IMG/VR virus record: IMGVR_UViG_2061766007_001954 | Direction: 5' to 3' (one strand) | From: an uncultured virus (IMG/VR IMGVR_UViG_2061766007_001954) | Lineage: Duplodnaviria > Heunggongvirae > Uroviricota > Caudoviricetes | Length of the DNA stretch: 64,000 nt | Shown: piece after piece, positions 18,748 to 29,592 of the stretch | Numbering within the stretch: position 1 is the stretch's first letter | Layout of the letters: each line of letters opens with the position of its first letter | The notes under the pieces: model-generated | Told to the model about the DNA's origin: nothing | Seen by the model: the letters and a program-made list of their open reading frames with translations, nothing else | Databases searched by the model: none | Position numbers and translations under genes: made by a program

Positions 18748-20547
18748 ATGGGTATCGAGCGTGTTAAAGCGTTTATGCTAAAGAAGGCTGCTGATCCGTC
18801 CTGGAAAAAGTGGCTTAACAGCATAGGCTTTACTGGGTCATCTCCAGAAGATGAACAACGCAGGGCACAGGCATTTCGTGCGTCTAATATTCATACTTAT
18901 GCGACTGAAGAAGCCTTTGAAAATGCTGGTTTCAATTCAGATAAAATTGATACCACAGCTGCTTCTATGGGGCATGCTCCAAGATCTTATAGGAATGAGG
19001 GTACACTAAGAGATGGGCACATACCTTATTCTTATAAGCCAATAAATAATAGCTCTACAAACCGCAGTGGCTGGTCTTACACAATATATAAACCCACACC
19101 AGCGAGTGATGGCGTTTATAACACTAGGGATAGCGTTAACTTTAATGTGTATACAGAAAGGCTGCCTAATTACAGATATGGGAAGCAGTTGCAAGAAGCA
19201 ACATCCGGCTATACTAAACAGCCTTTTAACATGCAGCAATTGATGTCCATGCAGGCTGGTGATAACGGTTATTTGGACAAGCTCTTGGCACACTATAGAT
19301 CGATCAATCCAGCATATTGGAGAGATGCTAATTTGCAACTAAGTTCTCCTGCTGAGATTGAAAAGTGGAAAGCAGCTGTACCATCTATAGCGCCTAAGGT
19401 GATTAATGATCCTTTAGGTAATTCTTCCAGATACAATTCAGATAGCGGATCTATAACGACTACTCCTTATAACCAGAGGATAGATGATTATGAAAATCAT
19501 GTGAATAATAGTAGCGATGATCCTGGTCAGAGTCCTTTATTGGCTAAACCCTCCAATAATGCAGATTCATTATTTCGGATGCGACATACACCATACGCGG
19601 CCGCTGCTGATTCCTTCTTCCATGAGCTAAACCATTATAATTCTATAGGGCAGCTTAGAATGGGAACTAAGCCTTATCCGCATATGGAAAATATACCAGC
19701 TGATCGTGGCGGTAATGCGGTGCTCATGCGACAAGCTACACCAAAAGGTCTATATCTTACTCCTATGCAGGGAAAATGGATAGAGAATCATAATATTGAG
19801 CCATATGTAGTAAACGAAAACGAAATGAATCAAGCACTTCTGAGCTTTAATGCCGGACGATATCGTCTTCAGAAGGATATGCAAGAGAATCCAGATAACC
19901 CGAATTATGCACAGATTGATCCAAGCGTTCGACAACAGTTTGCTAACTTTCCACAGTTTATACAACCCGGTGAAGCCGGAGCTAAACAGTTAGATGAGTT
20001 GATGGCATTCTATGACCAGAACCCACAATTCATTACTATGATGCCAGAACAGGCACGACTTGTTGGTTATTATAAGAATCTTAAAGCAGCTGTTGAAAAT
20101 GCAGAAGATTCAGTAGAGAAAGAGTTCTTTCAAGGTATGATGAATCGAATGATATATAACAAGGCGTTTCTTGCAAATAATCAAAGAAGTAATCCTAATC
20201 AACCAAAGGTAGCATCATATACAGAGTTTAAGAAACAAGCCGCACTTAGTGCAATTATTGCCCCTGGTCTTGTAACAGCAGGCGGTTTATATTTAGGGCT
20301 TAACAGTGTTCCAGCACTTAAGAAGAAACGACTGCTTCGTGCTATGCTTGCTACAGCAGGTGGACTCGGTGTATCTGGTTCTATTTATGGCTTACAAAAG
20401 CTCGTTACTCCGGATATGGCTGGCATTAAAGATCATATCCATTCTAAGTACGAAGATTGGAAACGCAATGAGCTGAAACGCTATCTTATGTCAGACGAAT
20501 TAGGGCAGCCGTATCAATCAGAATGTTTTGATACAAAGAGCAAATAA
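18748..20547 (+). CDS. HExxH zincin-domain protein with C-terminal membrane hairpin
   Basis: FFHELNHY; flanked by KKAAD and YTEFKKQAA; VPALKKKRLLR; start uncertain. Confidence 0.55.
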   Translation: MGIERVKAFMLKKAADPSWKKWLNSIGFTGSSPEDEQRRAQAFRASNIHTYATEEAFENAGFNSDKIDTTAASMGHAPRSYRNEGTLRDGHIPYSYKPINNSSTNRSGWSYTIYKPTPASDGVYNTRDSVNFNVYTERLPNYRYGKQLQEATSGYTKQPFNMQQLMSMQAGDNGYLDKLLAHYRSINPAYWRDANLQLSSPAEIEKWKAAVPSIAPKVINDPLGNSSRYNSDSGSITTTPYNQRIDDYENHVNNSSDDPGQSPLLAKPSNNADSLFRMRHTPYAAAADSFFHELNHYNSIGQLRMGTKPYPHMENIPADRGGNAVLMRQATPKGLYLTPMQGKWIENHNIEPYVVNENEMNQALLSFNAGRYRLQKDMQENPDNPNYAQIDPSVRQQFANFPQFIQPGEAGAKQLDELMAFYDQNPQFITMMPEQARLVGYYKNLKAAVENAEDSVEKEFFQGMMNRMIYNKAFLANNQRSNPNQPKVASYTEFKKQAALSAIIAPGLVTAGGLYLGLNSVPALKKKRLLRAMLATAGGLGVSGSIYGLQKLVTPDMAGIKDHIHSKYEDWKRNELKRYLMSDELGQPYQSECFDTKSK

Positions 20548-20570
20548 CCTCTACTCCCGGTATACATTTT

Positions 20571-20596
20571 AGCCCCTCCACAGTGAGGGGCTTTTT
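20571..20596 (+). terminator. intrinsic terminator
   Basis: AGCCCCTC...GAGGGGCT + TTTT. Confidence 0.8.
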
Positions 20597-20647
20597 GTTG
20601 TACAGTAGTTACGTTCAAGCTCTATTAAGATTTCAGGAGATTACTAC

Positions 20648-23600
20648 ATGAATGAACCTAATGTGAATCCTATTCAGCAACAGGCTGCTACAGTTAGCCC
20701 GGTGCATATTCATAATGAGAAGCCAAAAAAGACTGCCCAGGATTGGGTACGTGATATGCGTATGTCTGCTGCGGTCAATAAGGCTACTACAGGAGTAGAA
20801 ACAGACCAAGTTACTCCTGATCTGCTGCTTGCAACTTCCAAGCGTCTTCTTGGTATTTCTAAACGTGAGCAGGAACCAGATCCTAAGGACTCACTTGCAT
20901 TCCAGCGTTTTTATGGCCCGGAGATGTTGTTCTCCGAGCATATTCTGCGTGATAACGGAAAGCTTGGACGTAATATCCTGTGGAAGGCAACCAATCGTGG
21001 TAATCTTGATTTCATGCCTGTCGGTGCACTTGAGAAGCATATCTCATCGGTCTTTTATGATAGCAAGCTTGCTCAGATGATGGATGGTTCTTCGCCTCTT
21101 GAGACTGTCGACTCTGCCTATAAGACTACACGACTTGGTGAGGGCGGTATTGGCTCACTAGAGTCTGCGCCTGATGAAATGCGCACTGTGCAACCTTCTT
21201 ATTTTGGTTATATAGATCCGATCAGATGCTACGCAGAAGATACGGAGCTGATGACCGAAAATGGCTGGAAGAAAGTTCAGGATATAACCGGTGATGACAA
21301 GCTTGCATGTTATGTAAAGGGACGGCTAGAGTATCATAAGCCCTCTGCACTTAGTGTCTACGATTATAAAGGCGAAATGTGTGGATACGACGATGGTTAC
21401 GTATCCTACCTGGTCACACCAAATCATAGAATGTTTACAAGGACCTCATATCCGAAACGTAACGGAAAGGCATGTGGTTATAAGATACAGACCGCAGAGG
21501 ATATTCATGGTACCATGCGTACTGTTGACACTGGTATGCATGCTCCAGTTCTGCGGGATGAGGATGAGACAGTATTCCACCTGCCACAGGTAGATGCAGC
21601 ACTAAAGCATGAGCAGGTTCATGGGATGCCACCACAGGGGGCATCTCTAAAGAATATTGATGAGATTGATATTGTTGATTTTGCTGAATACCTTGGTTGG
21701 TATCTCTCAGAGGGTTCCTTTGCCATTGACCATAAGAAGGGCTATTATAGGGCGGATATCACACAGTCTTCTAAGGTGAACCCTGAAAATTATCAACGTA
21801 TCAAAGATCTGATCGAGCGACTGCCTTTTAATGCCACATGTCCTCCTGTAGAGGCGGGTAAGAGCAGGTTGTCTATAGGACGGAAGCAGCTCGTTGTCTA
21901 TTTGTCTCAGTTTGGTAAATGCGACGATAAGTTTATACCAGAGTGGATTTTCAATGCCCCTTTGAAGGCTCGTTGTGCTTTTCGTGATGCTATACTGATG
22001 GGTGATGGCAGAGATCAGAGACACCTGTGTACTAAGTCTAAGCGCCTGGCGCTCGACTTTGAGCGCCTACAGTTTGAACTTGGAGAATCTGTGTTTGTAT
22101 ACAACGAACCAGAGAAGCGTTATGAAGGGCATCCTGGCATCTGGATTGTATATTGGCACAAGAGAAAAGAGATCGGCCTGCGTAAGAAGATAGCTAGATC
22201 GGGGAAGATTCCGTATTTTAAGGAGCAGTATGATGGCAAAGTTTATTGTCCGACTGTTCCTGGTGGTTTGGTCTATTGTAGACGAAATTCGAGCTCATTT
22301 GGGTTCTGGTGCGGGCAGTCTCCGGAGAGCTTGAGAGTAGGATTAGATATTTATATGTCTAAGAATGTTATGAAAGGTACAGATGGAAAACTGTATCAAA
22401 AGTTCATAGATGCAAAGACAGGTAAAGAGGTCCTGCTCGACTCGGAAACGGCTGCTAACTCTGTAGTTGCAGCTCCTGAAATGATGGAAGCCAAGACCAA
22501 GTCTGTATATGCGCTTGGTGGTCCAACTGGTATCCATGTCGTTCCTCGTTCTTCTGTGCAGTATTATCTGCCACGGGCTGATGAAGCTTATTCTGCAGCA
22601 TCCAATCTGATTCCTATGCTTTCCGGTGTGAAGAACATGCGTGTACAGATGGGCTGCCTGCATCCGGATACCAATGTAATTGTAATTGATAAGCATGGTC
22701 TCATTACATCTAAGCAGGCGAAGGTTCTTAGTAAAGGTAGTCTTCCTGGTAGTACAAAAGAAGGCGCATCGCAAGTCTATCCTATTAAAACGACTGTAGC
22801 TAAGTTCCCTCCGCAGAAGAATTGGTTCCGCAAAGTAATCCTCCGCTCTGGCCGCTCTCTTATAACATCCGCTGATCATAGATGGTCAGTCCTTCGTGGG
22901 GGTGAATATAAACTTGTAGCAGCAAAGGATCTTCGTAAGGGCGATATTGCTCTGCGTACTACTTTTAAGGATGTCCCATCTCGCCGCACTTTCATCAACC
23001 ATATGCTTGTCAATAAACAGCTGGCTAAAGCGCTAGGTATTATCGCTCGTTCCTTGGATGAGCCAGATAATAAGAAGATGCGTGTTACCATGCAGGAAGC
23101 CGATTATGATGACTTCCTTGCAGCGATGAAGCGTATCGGCTATACAGAAGGCTTCAATACCTATTACGTTGAGCACAATTTCTATGTCGGCATTCGTGAT
23201 GAGGGTCTTCGTAATCTTTTGAGAGATTTGTTCGACTCCGATGATCGCTATCGCCATATTCCAGCAGAGATCATGTCTGCCGGGGCAGCTATTGTCGCCG
23301 CCTTTATTGATGGTTATACATCAGATCTTACTAAGATGGGACAGGATTCCAATGATGATATCTGGGTTCTCGATATTCCTAATCTTCGTATGAGAGATGA
23401 ACTTGCTTTTTTGTTCGCAAGACTTGAAACAGATACATTGTATCGTGACAGAGTTGCGGGTAAGGCTATGGACCTTGCGCTTAAGCTGGTTCCTATGGAG
23501 ATCGGCTATGGCGATATGATTACAGATGAGATCAAGCTGGTGCAGAAGGGTATTCATGCGCCGCTGATGATTGATATCGACATCAATGATAATCTGTATG

Positions 23601-26600
23601 CAACCGCTAATGGTGTTGTTACACATAACAGCAAATATCCGTTGCAGGCTATCAGTATCTCTTCTAGGGAGGCTCCACTCGTGCGCGGTCTGGATGAAGC
23701 CACGGGTAAGGATATGCCCACACTGGTGGGTAAATATCTTGGTGCTAGATTCGCTAATAAGGACGGTGTTGTTACAGCGGTTCGTAAAGATCGTATTGAT
23801 GTGCTCTATAATGACGGTACTAAAGGGAAGATCGATATGTATGTCAACTTCCCGATGAATGCTAAGGGCTATATCAACAACACTCCTGTTGTTAAGGCTG
23901 GACAGGCGTTTAAGAAGGGTGATGTGCTGGCTTCTTCTAATTATACGGATGACAAAGGAGTGGCTGCTATAGGAACGAATCTGCGCACTGGCTGGCTTAG
24001 CTGGAAGGGGGGTACTTATGAGGATGCCATTGTTATAAGTGAGTCTGCTGCCAAGAAGTTAACTAGTACCACTATGTACAAGACAGCAGTGGATCTTGAT
24101 AAGACAGTTACGCTGGGCAAGAAGAATTATCTTACTTGGAAACCTACCGAGTTTACAAAAGAGCAGATGGCTAACCTCGATGATAATGGTATTGTTAAGC
24201 CAGGTACACTGCTGCATAAAGAAGACCCAATGGTGCTGGCTGTAAGAACGACAGAACCGTCTCCTGGTACTATGGGTAAACGCATTCTTACAGATCTCAG
24301 CGAGCGCTGGGAGCATGATAACCCCGGTGTTGTGACAGATGTTGTAAAGACACGTAATGGTGTTAAGGTTTACGCGACTGTTACGGCACCTGCAGAAATT
24401 GGGGATAAGCTCAGCGGTTGCTTTGATGACAAGACTGAGGTTTTTACCGAAAAACGAGGCTTTGTGCTGTTCAAAGACCTCATGCCCGAAGATAAAGTTG
24501 CTGTGCTTCATGAGGATGGCTCTGCTACGTTTGATCTGCCGCTCGCATATCAGACTGCCAGATATACAGGCTGTATGATAGAACATAAAACGCGCAGAAC
24601 AAGCATGATGGTAACGCCAAATCATAATATTGCATTTGTGCCAAGACGCGACTATGAGAAGGGTAATATAGTGCCAGTCAAGCGAGAGGCGCATGAGGTT
24701 TATGGAAAACGCATTTTTATGCGGGTCAGCGCAAACTTTGATTCTGTCTTAGCAAATCCTATCCATAGCACTATAAGTTTATCTGGTGGGAACACCTCTG
24801 GTGATAGTCGTTTTAAGTCCATTTTCCTTAGAAAAGATTTTGCTGCATTCCTTGGTCTCTATTTGGCTGAGGGACATTGTGCACATAAGAATGGACAGCA
24901 TTGGATACGTATCTCACAATACGATAGTGTAGATGGTGGTGAAGAGCGTTGCGCCCAGATTCGTAGATTGCTTGAATCTATGGGGGTTAGGTGGTATTAT
25001 TATGATCACCAGTATTTTACAATTAATAACCATATTCTTCACGCTTATGTCGAGCCGCTTGGTAATAGCTATGGAAAATATATACCGGAAGAGGTGTTTA
25101 CAACGTGGTCTAAAGAGGATATGAACACACTTTTGGACTGGTTTTATCTTGGTGATGGTGAGAAGACCATTAAAGAAGGTGGTTCAAAGCGCTGCGCCAC
25201 AGTTTCACTGCAGTTAGCAAATGACCTACAGCGGCTCTATATCTTAACAGGTCATTATAGTGCACTTCATAGTACATTCGCAAAGAACACGAAGACAGGA
25301 GTCATTTACAAGATTTCCAGTTCGTATAGAGAATTTGTGGAGTTTGGCACGCAGGATGGTTGGAGGATAGCTGATAATTATGTAGGTATGGTGTATTGTG
25401 TTACATCAACGACCGGCATAATTCTTACGCGTAGAGATGGCTGCATCGCATGGAATGGCCAGTCGTATGGTAACAAAGGGACCATCTCACAAATCATTCC
25501 AGATGATGAAATGCCTCGTGGTGCCAAAGGTGAACCTCTTGAGCTGCTCTTTAGCCCCCTGGGCTTGATTACCCGTACGAATCCCGCCCAGCTTTATGAG
25601 GCTCAGCTTGGTAAGATTGCTAAGAAAACAGGCAAGCCGATCGTGGTGCCTTCTTTCTTCAAGGGCTCTATGCAGGAATATGTAGCAGACCAGTTAAAAC
25701 AGCATCATATCAAGCCCGATGAAGACCTCGTTAACCCCGAGACAGGCCTTCCGATTAAAGATGTGCTTACTGGCTATTCCTATATATACAAGTTGAAGCA
25801 TTTGTCCGAGTCTAAGATGTCGGCACGTGGCACGTCTACCTATGATGCAGAACAGGTCCCTGCCGGCAAAGGCATGGACGGTTGTTTTCCATATCATCAG
25901 AAGCTCCTTACTCGCGACGGGAAACAGACTATCGGTTCTATTGCCTCGAACTTTGGCATCGCCAGAGTGACTACCCTTAATGATGATAAAGAACGACGCT
26001 ACTTCAGAGTTACTGACAGATTCCAGCGAGTTGTTCCTCGTGACCAGCTTGTTGAAATTATTCCTGCCTGGTCCTATGATAGCCTCGGTCGCGTTACTAA
26101 GCCCATAAGCATGATGCCTACTGTGAACCATGCAATCTATATGTATGATATGACTCAGCAGCATGCAGGGTTTCTCAAGCCGGGCTGTAAGCTTGCCGGT
26201 GTCGGTATGCGACCCTCTGATGAGCAGATGCAGGTGCTTTGGCAGCTCATACATAGTGTTGGTGTTGTGCAGAATGACGAGCTTCATGTGCTCTATGATG
26301 TGGAAGCCTATTCGCTTGCCAAGTTTAAGCACAGTATTCTAAAGCCGCTTGGCTGTAAATTGGATAAAAAGAATCAGACGCTTATTCTGCCTCGTTATAG
26401 GCTTTGGGAAGCAGCTGTAACAGATAATGACTGTGGCGAGCTTGCCAAGTCTATTGATATTCTGGAACGCGCAGCTGAGGGTAGTCATCGTGTTAACTCG
26501 AAGCTTTTCAATATGATTGCAGATTGGATTCCTGCAAAGTATATTCCAGCTTATGCAGGTAGTGTTAAAGTCTTTGCAGAAAAAGCTCAGAGAGTTGTTC

Positions 26601-28563
26601 CTTGCATCGAAATTCGTACAGCTTCCCATATGGGGCTTATGCCGATTATAGTTACCGGTGTCAAACGCCAGAAAGGAACAGACCCCGTTAAGGTGTTTGA
26701 TATCACTGTTGAGGAGTCACACCGCTATACACTTGATGGTGGGTTCCTTGTCAGTAACAGCAAGCGCTTCGGCACACTTGAGCAGTCGGCGATGGCCGGA
26801 CACGGAGCTTTCGATATTATTAAGGATTCTAAATATATTAGAGGTCAGAGTAATAGCGACTTCTGGCGCTCTCTTAGAACTGGTGATATTCCAACTGTTC
26901 CTGGTGAGCCTCTAGTGCATAAGAAGTTCTTTGCGCATCTTACCGGTGCTGGTGTTAATGTCAGAAAGACTCCACAGGGCGTTAGTATCTTTGCGCTTAC
27001 TAATAAAGATGTCGATGAGTTAGCTGGTCCACGGGAACTGAAGAGTCGTGATACCTACGAAGCTCGTACATTCCGTCCGATGGATGGTGGACTGTTCGGA
27101 CAGGATGTCTTTGGCATTAACGGAGACAAGTGGGGTTATATACAGCTGGATGAACCTGTTCCTAATCCTGTTATGGAGGAACCGCTCGCGCGTCTGCTTG
27201 ATATCCCTGAAAAGCAGTTCGCTGATGTTGTATCTGGTAAAGTAGAAGTTAATGGTATTCGTGGGCCTGTTGCTATGAAGCAAGCGTTGGAAAAGATGGA
27301 TCTTACAGCTGCAGCGGCAAGAGCGCTCGATGAATATAAGCGCAGTTCTGCGTCCAATAAGGACAAAGCCCTTAAAAAGTATGTAGCTATCGAGCGTATG
27401 CGCCGGCAAGGCGTGAATCCTGCAGAGTACATGCTTGATAGGATTCCTGTGTTACCACCCATTTATAGGCCCATCAGTACGCATAACGGGCTTACCATGG
27501 TTGCTGACAGCAATTATCTGTATGCACAGTTGCTGGACGCCAGAGATGATGAACGTGAGTCTAAGAACCTGCCGAAGGAGCTGCAACAAACTGCACGAGA
27601 AAATCTTTATAATAAATGGNNNNNNNNNNGGATAGGATTCCTGTGCTGCCTCCTATTTATAGGCCTATCAGTACACATAACGGACTTACTATGGTTGCTG
27701 ACAGTAATTACCTGTATGCGCAATTGCTGGACGCAAGAGATGATGAACGCGAGTCCAAGAATTTGCCGAAGGAGCTGCAACAAACTGCACGAGAAAATCT
27801 TTATAATAAATGGAAGGAACTGACCGGACTTTATGCTCCACAGGATGTAAAGCTTCAAAGCAAACATGTGCAGGGGTTGCTGAAGTGGGCCCTTGGAGAT
27901 TCACCGAAATTTTCAGCGTTACAACGCAAGGTTTTAAGCGCAACGGTCGATACAGTTGGGCGCGGAGCGATTACACCTGATAGCAGACTTCGGTTGAATG
28001 AGCTTGGTATTCCTGCAGAAATGGCTTTTAATATCTTTGCGCCTATGGTTGAGCGTAGCTTGGTCAAGCGGGGCTACACACCGGTGCAGGCTATGAAGAT
28101 GGTAAAAGAACATAATGATCAGGCGCGTGATGTCTTGAATGAGGTTATGAAAAACCATCCAGTGCTGATGAATCGGGCTCCCACGCTGCATAAGCTGAGT
28201 ATTATGGCATTCAATCCTAGACTTGTGGATGGACATGCGATCCACGTAAATCCTTCTATAGTGGTGCCGTTCGGTGCCGACTTCGACGGGGACACTGTTA
28301 ATATTCATGCACCTGTTTCTGATGCTGCACGTAGACAAGCATATGAAAGAATGATGCCAGAACGCAATCTTATTTCGATGCGTTCCCGTTCTATTCTTTA
28401 TAAGCCTGAAAAAGAGTATCAGCAGGGCCTTTATATCGGAACCCGCATCAAGAAGGGCAGTGATGTACGCACGCATTACTTTAATACGTTGGAAGAGGCT
28501 AAGCAGGCGTATCGACAAGGCCTTATAGATATCGACGATCCTATTGAAATTAGACAAAAATAA
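20648..28563 (+). CDS. rpoBC: RNA polymerase beta(mid/C)-beta'(N/catalytic) fusion with four inteins; one gene once the 194-nt gap duplicate is collapsed (2573-aa precursor, 1244 aa spliced)
   Basis: beta motifs RLGEGG, GDKLSG|SYGNKG, YKLKHL, KRFGTLE run without a stop into beta' motifs GGLFG..FG, PVLPPIYRP, NRAPTLH, GADFDGD (28273-28293). Confidence 0.9.
21227..22318 (+). mobile_element. intein 1 (364 aa, LAGLIDADG-type, C-terminal Gln)
   Basis: PIR|CYAEDT...VTPNH...LGWYLSEG...LMGDG...WCGQ|SPE. Confidence 0.85.
22655..23629 (+). mobile_element. intein 2 (325 aa, canonical HN end, degenerate endonuclease)
   Basis: QMG|CLHPDT...TSADH...VTHN|SKY. Confidence 0.88.
24419..25462 (+). mobile_element. 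intein 3 (348 aa, LAGLIDADG-type, C-terminal Gln)
   Basis: GDKLSG|CFDDKT...VTPNH...LGLYLAEG...YLGDG...WNGQ|SYGNKG. Confidence 0.87.
25883..26758 (+). mobile_element. intein 4 (292 aa, SN end, degenerate endonuclease)
   Basis: GMDG|CFPYH...PTVNH...VFDITVEESH...LVSN|SKRFG. Confidence 0.85.
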
Positions 28564-28581
28564 CATACAGGAGCATTTCTT

Positions 28582-29589
28582 ATGCACAATATCGCTAATG
28601 TCATCAATGCATTTAACAAGCGGGCAACCGCTGTTCTGACACCGGAAGCCATGCAGGCTGCCATTCAGCCGCCTATGGATCCGGCTGCTGCAGGAGGTGC
28701 TCCGATGGATCCTTCTATGGGTGGAATGCCAGGAGGTGCTCCGATGGGCGGTGCCCCTGCTGATCCTGCTGCTATGGGCGGTGCCCCAACAGCACCCCAG
28801 GGTTCCGGTGGTGGTGCTATCCCTCCGGAGATCCTGAATGACCAGCTCTTCATGCAGTTTATGCAGGCTATGGGTGTTACCTTTGATCCACAGTCTGGTA
28901 ATTTTATCGATCCAAATGGTCAACCGCTCTCGGTCGACGAGGTGACGCAGATCTACGACATGTTTCAACAGCAAGTTGCCGCGCAGCAGGGCGGAGCCGC
29001 TGAAGGTGCTGCGGCAGCTGATCCTGCTATGGGCGGAGCGCCAATGGATCCTGCTGCTATGGGAGCACCCATGGGCGATCCCGCTGCTATGGCTGGTATG
29101 CCGCCTGAAGCTGCAGCAGAAGTTCCTCCTGCTGGCCCAGAAGCTATGGTACCAGCCGGACCCGATATGGGAGGAGATCCTGCTATGGGGGCTGCCGATC
29201 CTGCAATGGATCCTGCTGCTGTTGGCGGTGGTGCTGCTACTGGCGCTGAAGATCCAGTAATGGAAATCGCATCAGCTGTTATGACTGGCGTGGAAGCGAC
29301 ACTTGAAGACTTTACTCAGGCACTGACCGAGAAGATTTCTTCGCTTATGGAAAAGATCGAAGATCTCTCCAAGGCTGTTGAAGCAATTGAGAAGACGAAA
29401 GATGGTCGCTCTGATGATGATAAGAAAGAACAGCTGAGTGTCGAAGACGAATTGGCCGCAGATCTGGCGCTTGATGAGAATATTCAGCCTGTTGCAGAAC
29501 CAGTGCCTCCTATGCTTTCTCCTAAGACCGCTAGTATGCAGGCTCCTCAGCCGATCAATCTTTATAATTTCATTTGCAAAAAGGCGTAA
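28582..29589 (+). CDS. Met/Asp/Pro/Ala/Gly repeat protein with C-terminal coiled coil
   Basis: Repeated (P)MDPAAMG/DPAMG; KRAT and KTAS near the termini. Confidence 0.7.
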   Translation: MHNIANVINAFNKRATAVLTPEAMQAAIQPPMDPAAAGGAPMDPSMGGMPGGAPMGGAPADPAAMGGAPTAPQGSGGGAIPPEILNDQLFMQFMQAMGVTFDPQSGNFIDPNGQPLSVDEVTQIYDMFQQQVAAQQGGAAEGAAAADPAMGGAPMDPAAMGAPMGDPAAMAGMPPEAAAEVPPAGPEAMVPAGPDMGGDPAMGAADPAMDPAAVGGGAATGAEDPVMEIASAVMTGVEATLEDFTQALTEKISSLMEKIEDLSKAVEAIEKTKDGRSDDDKKEQLSVEDELAADLALDENIQPVAEPVPPMLSPKTASMQAPQPINLYNFICKKA

Positions 29590-29592
29590 TCA

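Noticed and set aside
27437..27813. DGR template/variable repeat pair
   Set aside because: Differences are synonymous and not adenine-specific; no reverse transcriptase in the window
27616..28563. Separate beta' catalytic gene or RNAP pseudogene
   Set aside because: Removing the 194-nt duplicate gives one 7722-nt in-frame ORF
28670..29225. GATCCTGCTGCTATGGG-type DNA repeats as a non-coding array
   Set aside because: In-frame, irregularly spaced, explained by the peptide repeat
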